64,000 nucleotides of DNA from Chara braunii. Its lineage: Eukaryota; Plantae; Charophyceae. The DNA is taken from NCBI GenBank assembly GCA_003427395.1, contig BFEA01000019.1, positions 3,256,565 through 3,320,564 on the forward strand. The letters are read 5' to 3'. A model generated the notes under the pieces. That model worked only from the letters and a program-made list of their open reading frames with translations, did no database searches and was not told where the DNA came from. Every line of letters starts with the position of its first letter. The first letter of the stretch is position 1. This document shows, in pieces, positions 11,589 through 23,760 of this stretch. The translations under genes and the position numbers were made by a program.

Positions 11589-12772
11589 TGGCTCTCGCTC
11601 TCGCAGAAGGACGGTAGAATTGTCATTGCAGCTCTTTGGACATTTTATCCATGCTTTTACGGAAGGGCGGCAGACTGAAGGAGAAAAGTTAAGTGTGTGG
11701 CAACTGCTTCGACAGCTGTAAAAGGATGGAATGTTCAGCACAGCTCTTGCTCGGTTGGTTGATTGGTCAACACACCCACCTGTAGTCCGAGCCCAATTGC
11801 AATGAGGCAGGCCCAAGGAAATAACGGGCCCCATAGAAATATGGGTCAGTGACATGATTACTTAAGTATGAAAGTGGCAGACTGGAGTGCCTCTTGGGAG
11901 GAGGAAGGGACGGATATCCGTTACTAAGGTAGTGAGTAGGCTTGGGAGGAGGACTTGGGAGGAGGACTTGGGAGATATCTACGCCGGATTGGCGGGGGTA
12001 GCTGTGAGATATCGTCGTCGGAAGACGGTGAGAGGGTAGTGAGTGTGAGCGCTCTGAATGAGAGAGCACGGTGGAAAGGGGATGGATGAGAGAGCACATA
12101 GGAACGGGACAGTGTCAATGGGGCTAATGGTGGGACTCAGATGGGACAAAGAAGCGGGACACAGTGGTCAGACTGCCTGGTACAGACGCGTGTGTCGCAA
12201 CTGGGGAGCTCCTGGGTCCATGGTAGGGTCCCCTGGTAGGGCGAGCACGAGACGAACATATGAGCCTGTGGGATGGAAGGGGGATTTTGCACTGGTAAGG
12301 CCCCTTGATCAGCAGGACTGGTGAAAGGGGGTAGTGAAAGGGGGTGGTGAAAGGGGGTGGCATGGCAGTTGAACAGGGGAAAGGGGGTAGAGGGGGTAGA
12401 GGGGGCTAGAGGGTATTGTAGCCCTCGTACTTCAGCTTTGTAATAGGTCTCCTGAGATACTTCTTCTGTATCGGACGGTCACGATTTGTTGTGCATACAT
12501 TCTTTTGCTGAATTACTGCAATTGCTACTGTCAATTGAAAGGCTTGAAGGCGAAGGTTCTTGAGGCTTTCGCTTCGTAGATGGGCTTGGCTGATGCAATG
12601 AGTGCCCTCCCTCGTCCTGTATCGGAAATTGGAATCAGGGCTTAAGGAAAACATCTCGTAAAGCGGTGACGATGTCAGTAGATAAGATAATGCTCTGTGT
12701 TTCAGGGTATTGCTGTATGTTACTCCACTTCACAACTGAGCAGCCGCTCCTCTAGCTACTTTTTTCACACAG

Positions 12773-12819
<47 letters not shown>

Positions 12820-13668
12820 GGATTTGTCGTCTTTTGTTGGTGTGCGCTTTATGTTAACTTGTAGCATGCCGTTCTTTTCTTATGCTTGCGTCCTGCGGGT
12901 GAAAGCAGACACGCCCGCTCCGTTGGCTGCTTCTCCCTCGTTTGCCACATTTTCTTTGGTGCTACCCTCACACGCGCAGAGGGGAAAACTTGGAGTTTGA
13001 GAGAGAGAGAGAGAGAGAGAGAGTTCTGAGTTGCGGCGGATTTGCATAATCAGTCATTAAACGACGAGTAATTAGTGGACATTGTTGTCGGCTTTTCTTT
13101 GGAAAAGGCTGGCGACCTGGTTAGCTGTAGATGGATCGATCCCATCTGGACCGTCTGATTTCCTGTCTGATTCCCTGTCTCTGTCTCCCTTTCTCTCGTT
13201 CCCTCCTGCTCCCTCCCTTTCTTAGATTGGATGAATTTGGTTTGCTATTCAGGCCAGGGACCGGGAGGGCTTACCCTCTTATTGAAGGTGGGAGCAGACC
13301 GACTCTCCTTTGACTTCTTCTGTCTTCACCTGTCGTAGTTTCGTAAGCTGAACTGAACTGAACTCTCAGTGAGTTCAATTGATCTGCATAATGGGAGTGG
13401 CCTCTTGGAATAGACAATGAACCATCATACAAGTTTTCGGTGTTTTTCCCCTCTGGAAGTGTAATCAAGATCTTGCATTTGCTCCTTGCGGTTGTGCCAA
13501 TCAACACATTTTTTTGTGTGCGTGCGCGCCCGTGCACCTGTGTGTGTGGGGGGAGGGGTGAGGGGGGTGAGGGGGATGAGGGCAGTAGGCCGGAGGAGGG
13601 ACATCAGATGCTCAAGAGAAACTCTTTAAGTTGTTGGCCTCTCTACCTCGCTCGTGTCACTTCGTCTA

Positions 13669-13774
13669 CCGTCTTCACCTGAATAGAACGGCCGGTAATT
13701 ATGGCCGTATCTGGACGGAAAGTTGCATCAAATACAGCTACAATGACCGGGGCGTTCTATTTGGGTGAAGACGG
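13669..13774. mobile_element. MITE family A, full length
   Basis: CTA|CCGTCTTCACCTGAATAGAACG...CGTTCTATTTGGGTGAAGACGG|TAG. Related copies are adjacent at ~13817-13919 and ~14076-14180. Confidence 0.85.
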
Positions 13775-15232
13775 TAGTGCCATAATTGGTGTTATATGGC
13801 ACAAAGTGATATTTTTCTGTTCACCCCAACATTATGTACCGCGATAATGAATGTATAGAAGCGATATAGCCGGTCAGGTACAGCCAAAATAAGGGTGCGT
13901 TGTGTTCGGAGGAAGACGGTAGAAAATTCTCGTCCACGGGAAACTCCAGTGCGAGCATGCCCGCCGTTTTCCAGTTTGAATTTTGAACGCTCCTCAGCAG
14001 CAAAATTCAGTTTAATAAATATACAGCGATCTAGATGTATGCGGGACAAAATTCAGTCTAGATACAGAGAATGATCGTCTTCCCCCGAGTAAAATGTACG
14101 TACGGACGGTCATTCTAGTTGTATTGGGGGCAGAATTCAGTCTAGATACAGTGAGAGAATGATCGTACGTTCTAGTCGAGTCCTGTTAAGGGAGTGCCGA
14201 TAAGAAGTCTGCTGTCGCGTTGCGGGCAGTTGAGTAGGCGTTAGGGCCTCGCTCCTCTATTCACCAACTGAGCAAAACGAGGATGAATCTTCAGCTAGAA
14301 AATGAACAGTTACACCGCCATAAGTTTTTTTTTTCTTCTTTTTTAACTAATCTTTTTTTTCTTCTTTTTGAACTAATCTATGTTCTTCTACCAATCTTAT
14401 CTATGTATATTATTCCCCATCTATCTCATCTATCTCATCTATCTCATCCTCTCGCTACTCTTATGTATAGTACCGGGGGGACCACCATCCAACCCTGGAA
14501 CTGTCCCCAGCCCATGGGCTCATGGGCCCATGGGCCCATTGGGTAGGTTGGCACCACAGCAGTGGTGCGAGAGAGCAAGGCTTGTATTTATCAGCCCCTC
14601 ATCACCATATGTCCCCAATGTGTCGGATAAGTGCTCTGTCGTTCTTTTCTTCTTCTTCTTCCTTTTTCTTTTCCTTCTGAAGTATGTCCCCCATGGGCCC
14701 TTGTGTTTACTCGAAAGGGTATACAGTACAATCTCTCAATCTCTCAATTTGTGGCGTAGAGCTCTTTCTAGCCCTGTCCATAGATCCTTTCTCTTCTTGC
14801 TGCATCCCTCCGATCTCCTGCCGAAAAAGATCGCATATCTCAATTGCGTCCCTCAAGAAGAGGGCCGGTCTTGAACTGTTGCCATCTCCCTCACCCCTTT
14901 CTTTCTTGAACCCCCCAGAGACCCCTGGTTTGGGTTCCTCTCCCCCTTCTCTCCTGCCCCCCCCTCGTCGGTGAATGCAATGCAATTCATGGCGGTGCGA
15001 TGGGCGGAGTGAAGCGAAGCACCCCCATGCTGCGGTCTGGTCACGCAACTCACCAGGCATGCCCCTCTGCTCACTCTTCTCTCCCTCCTGTCCACTCTTC
15101 TCTCCCTCCTTTCCGCATGCACGCCATCACCTGTGGTGGTATAAATCTCAAAAGTGCAATTTTCTGTCTCTATTCTTGCGGAATTTAGCATGCACGTTGG
15201 ATCGGCTGAATTGGTGTGCAACAGTGGTTACC

Positions 15233-15378
15233 AGATGCAACAGTCTGGACGGGCTGACGCTAGATGCAACAGTCCGGACGGGCTGACTCTAGTTGGGACA
15301 GTCTGGACGGGCTGATGCTAGATGCAACAGTTCCGGACGGGCTGACTCTAGATGCAACAGTGCGGACGGGCTGACGCT
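15233..15378 (+). repeat. 29-bp minisatellite, 5 units
   Basis: AGATGCAACAGTC(T/C)GGACGGGCTGAC(G/T)CT repeated head-to-tail without spacers. Confidence 0.92.
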
Positions 15379-15719
15379 CGTTGAGCAGGGTTAAGCATGG
15401 TTGACGAGTGAGCTGCAGTGGAGTGCAGGAGCTCTCAGGTGAACTGGCTTGCTGATTGGGTTAAGCAGGGTAGCTATCACGCATGCATGCCATTGTGCAA
15501 ATGGCGATGCGGAACGATGGACTGTCCACATAGAACTTGGTGAATCTTGGTGGTTGATGATCGAGTGGATTTCTTTTGCTAACCAATGAGAGGGGTAATG
15601 TGCTTCCCCTATTCCTCTTCCGCTATCTTGAGTAAGAATCCTATGGATATCTTTTGCCTGATCAAATGAAGCGCCGATGTAGCCTGAATGAATGTTTGTG
15701 TGCGCATGCTTGCACACGC

Positions 15720-15762
<43 letters not shown>

Positions 15763-15957
15763 NNNNNNNNNNNNNNNNNNNNNNNNNNNNNNNNNNNNNN
15801 NNNNNNNNNNNNNNNNNNNNNNNNNNNNNNNNNNNNNNNNNNNNNNNNNNNNNNNNNNNNNNNNNNNNNNNNNNNNNNNNNNNNNNNNNNNNNNNNNNNN
15901 NNNNNNNNNNNNNNNNNNNNNNNNNNNNNNNNNNNNNNNNNNNNNNNNNNNNNNNNN

Positions 15958-16002
<45 letters not shown>

Positions 16003-16031
16003 CCGGTTGGTTGGTTCGGCCGAGCATATGG

Positions 16032-16078
<47 letters not shown>

Positions 16079-17955
16079 GTGTGTGTGTGTGTGTCCTGCC
16101 TGTCCAAACGAATGAATGAATGATTGGAAAATTGGCCACGATGCTCGGTTACTTGCAGCAGTGTTCATCTGTTGGCTCTCATCTTCTCTCTGAGCCCTGC
16201 TCTTTTGGATGTAAACCGCTGCCCTTCCTGTGCCACGATCAGGGACAACCAGTCTGTGAGTGGGATGTATGCTGTCGGTTTGTCAGGTTCTGCTTTGTAA
16301 ATGTTATAGCTTCATTTCTCCCATATTCCTTGTTTCTTCCTTCACACAACTGGACTGCGATTCCTTGGGCCGCGTATTGCTCCGCACTGGCCATGGACCC
16401 TTTGGCTCCAAGTATGGACATGCTGATAGGTACACATCCAACAAGGCTTCGCGTCCGTGGCGCGCGCCGAGGAGGACGTGGCGCGCTCCGAGGAGGATTA
16501 CCAAGTCCGACACTCTTCAGTTGAGGGTGTCCACCTTGGATTCTGAGCCGTGCCGAACCACGGAGGGCAGCATTGTAGGTGATGCACGGTGAAGTATCGT
16601 GGTCCCGTGTGCTCTTGAGAAACTTTTTGCCTGTGGTTGGAAGCAGCATGAACAAGCCTTCCCCATTGTTCGAATAAAATGCGGTCTTTCGGCCGTTTTT
16701 GCGCACTTAAGAGTAGGACGATTTCTTGCAGCTTCCTCCTTTCCCGTTCCTCGTCGTCTTTCGTCATTTGCCCTTGTCCCCCCCGTTGATTCCATTCCAC
16801 GTCACCAGACACAAGGAGACCCCGGTTCCGACCTGAGACTCCAACCCCAGTATCAAAAAATCCTTGGCACAGCCCTATTTCGCGACCTTTCTGGGCCTAC
16901 TCACACTCCAATCAGAAGGTCATGCCAGGGGTGAGGTTGCACGGCGCAGGGGAAGCAAACGGTCCTCAACCGGGCAAAAGTATATGCACTTGTTGATATG
17001 TGCAGCTCAGGACAAGGGGAGCAAGGTTCAAACAAAGCGTAGAACTACATACAAAGTGCTCTTGTTGTGGAAAACAGAATGAAGTTCGCAACACCGGAAA
17101 ATATGGAAGCCAAAAAGAGAACTCTGATCATTCAGTTGTCAAAAGCAAGCATTTTCCCACACATCTAGACTACATACAGAGAATGGATGTAAAATTTGTA
17201 AATGTGTGGGGAATTTGCCTTGCTGCTTTTTTGGCTTTGCTTCCTTTTTGCTCGCCGCTGTTTAGTTGGCTGCTGTTGCTTGCCTTTAGTTTCCTTTGCC
17301 TGACGGTCTTCCAGGGCATGACAATGTGTGCGTGTTCGTTTCGTGGGACGTTCTCGGCTGCGGGCTCATTCTCAAGTGTTGTTGTGTATAACCATACCTT
17401 TCGACGCAACATGCGTCCCCACAAACACACGCAGGACTTGGGTGTCATTTGACTGTTTTTGACATGAGCTGCCGGGGCAACGAAACTGCAAAGTGTCGAA
17501 GCGAATTTACACAGAACGACTGCACGAGCGAGCGCACTGGAGCAGAGTAGCAGCAGAGCGAAGTGCAAAGCAGTGCTGCAGCAGAGGCAAAACTGCTGCA
17601 CGTCACACAAGCAAACTGTACGGGAAGGCACAAGGCACACAGACGGACAGCAAGTCAATATCGCAGCAAAGCACAAGGCGACACCAGGAAATCAGCCAAA
17701 CTACATGGTAGTGAACACACCAGCTGCAAGGAAGGACACGGAAAAAAGCAGCAGGATGGGCAGCAGGGCAGTGGAGCGCACAGACAAGGCGATCTGCGCA
17801 TCCAACACGGACCGAAGTAGTCCATCACTTATATACACCATAAGTAGAACCCCGCAGACTGTTGGTTCCGACCAGCGGCTGAGCAAGGAAGCCAGTCTGA
17901 CCGACATCGACCATCATCACCCATAACCATATGCATCACAGACATCGCAGACACA

Positions 17956-18002
<47 letters not shown>

Positions 18003-18449
18003 ATAGTCCTTCAGACACTGCAAACCAGCAGTGGAGGAGCGCAAAAAGACAAGGTGATCTGCGCATCCAACACGGACCGAAGTAGTTTATGACACTCGGG
18101 GCGAATTTGTTGTCACAGCTGTGTGTGGTGGGGGGGGTCTGTGCAACGGACAGAGCTCTGTCTTGGGGCTGTCAATGGGGCCTTCTGGAATCTGAATCCA
18201 TCAGATGTTCAATCACCACTACGCTGCCCTCCTATGCCCTGCGGGCTCACCCACGGTTCCACGGGGCAAAGGAAAGCTTCGAACCACCTGACGAAATTGG
18301 CTGCTTGGTGCTCGGTAGGCCTTGTTCCCCCTCCTATGGTTCAGAATGTGAGGGCGGGGGAAAAAAATGCGGGTTGGGGAAAAAAATACATTTGGAGGCA
18401 CTGATGGTTTAATGGGGTCTTGCGAATCGATTGGGCCGTAAGGGAACTA

Positions 18450-18554
18450 CAGTCTTCCCCCGAATACAACGCACGGTCATTATAGCTGAATTTAGACTGA
18501 TATATGTGCCGAATTCAGCAATAATGACCGTACATTGTATTCGGGGGAAGACTG
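18450..18554. mobile_element. MITE family A, near-perfect hairpin
   Basis: CTA|CAGTCTTCCCCCGAATACAACGCACGGTCATTAT...ATAATGACCGTACATTGTATTCGGGGGAAGACTG|TAG. Confidence 0.9.
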
Positions 18555-18888
18555 TAGTAGAGTGTGCACGGCTGTGTGGAATCAAGATCTCTCTTCTTTC
18601 TTGCAAGCGGACTGCAGTGTTCGCCTTTTTCCTTTCTTGAAAGGGAGACCAGCCCCAGGCATTACAGAGTCATGTCATTCATCCTTTTCTTTTTCTTCTT
18701 CTTTTTCCCCCCCTTAATTAAATTCATCTGACAACACAGGAAGAACTTGAAGAAGTGCGGATAGATACAATCTCACAAAGGTTCCGCTGTACACTGACTC
18801 ATCAGTGGTTTTGGTTCCGGCCCATTTTCCGTTTTGGGCCTCCGAAACGGAAGGAAAACGGGCCTCCGATTTCAGGTTGGGGAAACTA

Positions 18889-19038
18889 CACCAGTACCTT
18901 TCCCCGCTTGAAACACAATTCTGCAGCGGGTTACGCAGCAGGCAAGAGGGTTCGGTCCGCCGTTGATAAAGTTAATCAGCGGCCCGTTTCCGTTTTCCGT
19001 TTCGGGCCTCCGGAATATGTTGGAAAGGTACTGGCGGT
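18889..19038. mobile_element. MITE family B-related copy
   Basis: CACCAGTACCTTTCC...GGAAAGGTACTGGCGGT termini. Confidence 0.65.
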
Positions 19039-19058
19039 TTGACGGAGACTGCACTACA

Positions 19059-19310
19059 ATTTTATTTTTTAAATTTTTTTCCACAATTTATTCCAAAACT
19101 TGCAATTGCAAGAGGCCCGGGACCACACCTTTCAACCCGGAGTTACAACCAGCAGCATCAGCCGGTTTCGCTTATTGGCATCTCACTTGGTTCTGGCCAT
19201 CCATCACTCGATCCAACTATCTTATCCCTTTGTTTGATTCCTTCCTGTCCTATCTTGGCTCTATAGTTAACCCTATACTAATAACGACTCCACTACAATT
19301 TGCTGCAGTG
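19059..19310 (-). mobile_element. Retroposed LINE 3' end homologous to 354-470
   Basis: CAAGAGGCCCGGGACCACACCTTTCAACCCGGAGTTA..GCATCAGCCGGTTT aligns with 399-470; T-rich tail on the left. Confidence 0.7.
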
Positions 19311-19706
19311 TAGGAACTACTAGGAAGGAACAAAAAAAGCACGGAAAGAAGGGAGGGAAAATAAAGAAAAGAAATAGGGAAAAACAACAACAACAACAAC
19401 ATTACAGAGAGCTACAGTAATCAAGAGAGGGAAAAAGAAAAAAAAACAGTAATCAAGAGTTTTGTCATTCGTATGCAGGCACCCGAAGGAGGTGGACTTT
19501 CATCCTCAGCTCCTTATCCTTCATCTTCCCAGACATCAGAACAACAGATTGCAGCTGGGGCGAAAGAGCCCAAGGGTACCTCAAAAGGACAACAGCGGCG
19601 ACAAACTCCAAGATACAAGGACTATTCATCTGGATCGGTACGGAATCTCCACACCACCTCTGACTGACAATCGACTACATCCTTTCCTTGGCCATGGTTC
19701 TTGTCC

Positions 19707-19871
19707 TTTTTTTTTTTAAGAGGGCGTTGGCCTTGTGATATCATCTTGAAACTGACCAACCCATGGTAAACTCAGGGTTATATTTATTCATCTGAGTTCA
19801 TCGGGATTCGAACTCAGGTCTGTATTTGAACAGTTCGTTGGTGTACACCAACTGAGCTACTCCCGTTGGTC
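19707..19871 (-). mobile_element. tRNA-derived SINE
   Basis: Minus strand GGGAGTAGCTCAGTTGG (A box) ... GAGTTCGAATCCC (B box), poly(A) at 19707-19717, and near-TSD TCTTGTCC/TCTTGCCC. Confidence 0.75.
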
Positions 19872-19983
19872 TCTTGCCCATTGATATTGCGTATCATTGA
19901 AATAGCCTTTCCCTTTCAAAAAAAAAAAAAAAAAAACAAACAAACAAGGGGGTTGAGGGTAATCTTTCCTTCATCACTGTAAT

Positions 19984-19984
<1 letters not shown>

Positions 19985-20028
<44 letters not shown>

Positions 20029-20281
20029 CCAAAATGCCCCCACCAGTGTTAGTGGTGCTGATAAGAGCAGACACCACTAGCACCTGGGGAGAGGCTCCAT
20101 CTATTGGTGGCAAGCATCACCTGCTAGAAAGTGGGTCCAGCGTCCCTTATAGTACAGACTGAGTACATCAGAAAAACATTGTGGAGTGTTCCTGCCAGCA
20201 TTGATTACCCTGGGATCCAGGGGATTGACTGCGTTGTACCCCTTTCTGGGCACTTGAGATTCTTGCCCAACCGATACACTG

Positions 20282-20323
<42 letters not shown>

Positions 20324-20442
20324 GAAGAACAACCCAAACGAATGCTAGAGGTGCTGATAAAAGCAGACACAACTAGCATGCTCGGGGAGGCTCCATCTAT
20401 TGGTGGGGAGCGGCACCTGCTGGAAATCGGGTCCAGCGTCCC
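19985..20442 (-). mobile_element. Two tandem poly(A)-tailed retroposed 3' ends carrying the structured A+B+hairpin module
   Basis: Copies at 20094-20146 and 20390-20442 (GGGACGCTGGACC..CAGCAGGTG..CCACCAATAGATGGAGC), each followed by a hairpin and a long A tract. Confidence 0.8.
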
Positions 20443-21012
20443 TCAAGGGCCTCAACAATTATAGCCAGGTGTTCCGTAAACCACCCGGGTTCATATCAAT
20501 GTGCCACGTGTCCACCCCACAAAATGCATACGTGATCAGCCGAAACAGCACGCTGGCACACTCTATCATGTAATGAGGAGCATTGATTGCCCTCAACTGA
20601 GGGGATTAACTACTCATCGTAGTTAAAACGAAATTCCCACTCCGAAACTTTCACCATCCGCTTAACAAATCGTTCGCAGCACCATGAAAGGGAGAGGTAA
20701 TCAGAATAGGAAGTTAGAACAGCTATTATGGCTAATTCCGAGGTCAGCACGAAATTGCTCTCACAAGTTATCGGGGAGCATCAAAACGATTAGGTGCTGT
20801 CCTCCCTATCCCACCCCTTCACGCCACCATCCCACACCCCACATCCCCACGTCGCCTTCCTGTTCACCAAACATTCCCATCACCCACCCCTCTCGCCCCT
20901 GGCCCCAATCATTCCCGCAGCAGACAAGAGGGGAAACGGGCTGGCAAGAGAAGAGAGGGGGGAGAAAAACCAGCAACTCGCACTGACTTCTCCACGAGCA
21001 CCAGCGCCAGTT

Positions 21013-21043
<31 letters not shown>

Positions 21044-21519
21044 AGGTTCTGTCGTTGCATACTGTATCGTTATTGTTTTTGTTTTTATCATCAAGAGCGT
21101 CATCATTCCTGGCCGCTTCCCCAACGGTGCTGCTGCTGTCCCGAAGGCCGTCCGCGGTATCGTCGTCACCGTCATCACGAAGTCGATCCTCGAACTCGCC
21201 ACAAAGCCCCTGCCCCTCCTCAAGGGCCTCATAGCCGCACCGCATCTGCGCATCCGATTGTGGCAGATCCGCGAACTCCACATAAGAGGGCGACCCCTCT
21301 TCCACTGTTTTTCTCAAAGACCTAAGTTTGTATTTAGTTGATGACGTAAGACCCCATGAAGACCACAATAAGTGTATAATGCGACTCAGATATGGGAAGG
21401 AAGGGGGAACCTCTTCACCCAGAATCCGGCATCAGATACACAGCTACACGCTAGTTCCGCCCTCCCCCTGAGCCATACTGAAACCATACTAGCATCTCCC
21501 TGCTGTTGGGCGTTTAGAC

Positions 21520-22130
21520 TTCTTTTTTTATTATTATTATAGAAACCCCCCCCTGCCGGAAACCGGGTCCAGCGTCCCATTACCTGCATGGGTGCGATGC
21601 GGAAGAGCCAGAAGGAGCCAACTGGGGGGCACCAGTGGAACCTCCTTTCGTCTCCTTACCTGCCCCAGGGTCAATTTTGAAAATATCTTTTAGATCAGAA
21701 TTTCCGTCAAGGAGAGAGCATGGGGAGGAAAGGGGTCTGGGAAATCTGTGGGGGGGCGCAGGGGGCGCAAAGGAAATGAGGGTTCCACATGAATCCAATC
21801 CTTGAACACGAACTTGTAATCCTTCATGTCCTCCAAATCTCGTGGTCCACAAGCCCTATCCCCTCCGCATCTGACCTTAGCTACCCATCCTTCCCTTTCT
21901 ACTCCCAACCAGTCCGTGCAAAATGCTGTAATCACTCTCCTAACGTCAGTGATTTGTGTGAAAAGATCCAGTTGTGACTTTGTGTCTGACCATCTTCTTA
22001 AGAAAGTTACCTGTACCTGTTGCTGGATTTGTTCAACGATTTCCGCCCCTTCTATACAACTTACTCTGTCCCTCTCTCAAGTATTGACATTTTTCAACTC
22101 TCTCCCTCTCTCCCTCACCAGTGGTTATGG
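21520..22130 (-). mobile_element. Probable LINE ORF2 C-terminal/3' fragment ending in module A
   Basis: Open frame ...ITAFCTDWLG...FKDWIHVEPSFP* followed by GGGACGCTGGACCCGGTTTCCGGCAGG (21552-21578) and an A-rich tail. Confidence 0.5.
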
Positions 22131-22384
22131 GTTAAACAAACTTAAACTGTTTTTTTTTTTTTTTTTTTTGTTGAAATAGCATGTTTTCATTGGATGAGCA
22201 AAATGAGGCCGGGCATCCCTCTACATTTCGACCCGGTTTTGTTGATGGGCCCGTAAGAGGTCGCGGGCTGCTTCACAAGTAGAGTAGAGAGAGGCAAGCA
22301 ACAAAGCGCTTGTACAGCGTCTCAAATCTAATTAGATTAGATTAGAATAGAATGTCGGTCGACCGTATATTTGAACACAGAACA

Positions 22385-22415
22385 GCTCCCTAGGTTGGAT
22401 TCGAACCAACGACCC
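22385..22415 (-). pseudogene. tRNA 3'-half fragment (T-arm plus acceptor strand)
   Basis: GGGTCGTTGG-TTCGAAT-CCAACCTAGGGAGC; no 5' half is visible. Confidence 0.55.
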
Positions 22416-22629
22416 AATAGTAGATAGGGTAAGCAGTGTTGTGTAATCTGACTAAGCTTCCCTCCGCACCGTGCGTGCAAGATTTCCAAGCACACTGGCT
22501 CTCCATCAGTTTGGCAAGACTACCGACTGTTTCCCTTCCATTTTCCATGTACTATGGAAACTCTCACGCCACACTTCTCAAGTTCTCAGGACGGAGTCCA
22601 CTTTAATATAATGCCAGAAATCTAAGATC

Positions 22630-23760
22630 TTTTTTTTTTTTTTGGGAACAAAGCTCCAATCTATTCATGGGGAGCAACACGTGCTGGGAACCAGGCCCAG
22701 CGTCCCATATGGAAGATTACACAGAATTGAAAATTTTTGAAGTTTTAAGATACCGGGGGCATTGCACGGCTATGGCTAAGGAAGATTAGAACTACTAAGG
22801 AAGATTACAACATCAAACTACGAGCCATCAACACTCTTTACCTCCCTCCGGCAAGACTTACTGCAGCAGAGCCACCATCTCCGCTGCTGCTGTACCCTAA
22901 TTCCATCCTACTAGCTAGCCCTCCTCACTAATAGGACGATTGACATCCCACCATCTACTTATCCCACTCACCTCAGTTTTGAAAAATTCCGAGAAAATTT
23001 GAGAAAGCTTTAGGAAGAATTGGAGAAACGAAAATCAGAGCTAAAACCACCACCGATCCAAGTCAAACCCTCACAACAGCCGAGAAACCGCCAATCAAGC
23101 CTTCAGTCCTCGTACAAGAAGTCGCCAATTCTCACGCCCCCTTTGCTAGGGTTACAAGGCAAAACAAACTGCCCCAGCACCGAACTAACTGTCTTCTGAC
23201 GGACAGGAAGTGTCTTCCTCCCTCGACAACTTCCTTAGCTGCCAACCCCCAACCGGGTTACAGGGTCACTGCCCCAGCCTCAGCTACGTTGAAAGAGGTG
23301 GTTATGCCTTCCACCCTCAGCATAACTTCAATGGCCTCAAGCCCCTCTCATGGTCACAGAGCCACTGCCCCAGCACCGGCCACTGTCGCCCCACCCCATC
23401 CTTCTAGTAGACTTACCACCCTGAGTCACCCTTCCCCTACTGCGCGAGCCCCCCCAAAATTACCTCCAAACCTTACTTCCGACTTTCTCCCTCCATATGA
23501 AAAAAACAAAAGGAGGAAGGACAAGAACATCCAACTCCTACCCTCGTCACTAATGAAAGATACGTCGACCGAGCTTTCAGTCCTCGTACCAGAAATCATT
23601 AGATCTCATCTCCCCCAGCTAGGGTTACAAGGCAACACAAACTGCCCCAGTACTGATCTAACTGTTTCTGACGGACAGAGAGTGCCTTCCCCCCTCGACA
23701 CCTCTATTAATTGTATAGCCCCTCCAAAAGGTTACAGGGTAAAATCTAAGATCAATTTCT
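22630..23760 (-). mobile_element. Retroposed element 3' region with A+B module and internal ~130-bp duplication
   Basis: Poly(T) at 22630-22643 and module at 22653-22706. Segments ~23100-23235 and ~23575-23705 are similar and also resemble ~32000-32165. Confidence 0.6.

Noticed and set aside
10685-11855. ORFs spanning N gaps and (AG)n tracts (also ~7730-8150, 15390-16140, 35240-35850)
   Set aside because: Open only because of Ns and microsatellites.
15233-15378. 29-bp repeats as a CRISPR array
   Set aside because: The units are contiguous with no unique spacers, there are no cas genes, and the context is eukaryotic.
18785-18810. CTGATGAG hammerhead core on the minus strand (also ~45155)
   Set aside because: No stem II followed by GAAA, and no supporting stems I and III.
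20056-20084. Resemblance of GTGTCTGCTCTTATCAG to U2 snRNA GTATCTGTTCTTATCAG
   Set aside because: The match is imperfect and not kept in variant copies; it is better explained as the element's own hairpin.
20390-20442. Module A+B as an HDV-like ribozyme or as the 5' start of a SINE
   Set aside because: It lacks the HDV P1/P1.1/P2/P3 nesting and catalytic C context, and upstream homology between copies shows it is internal.
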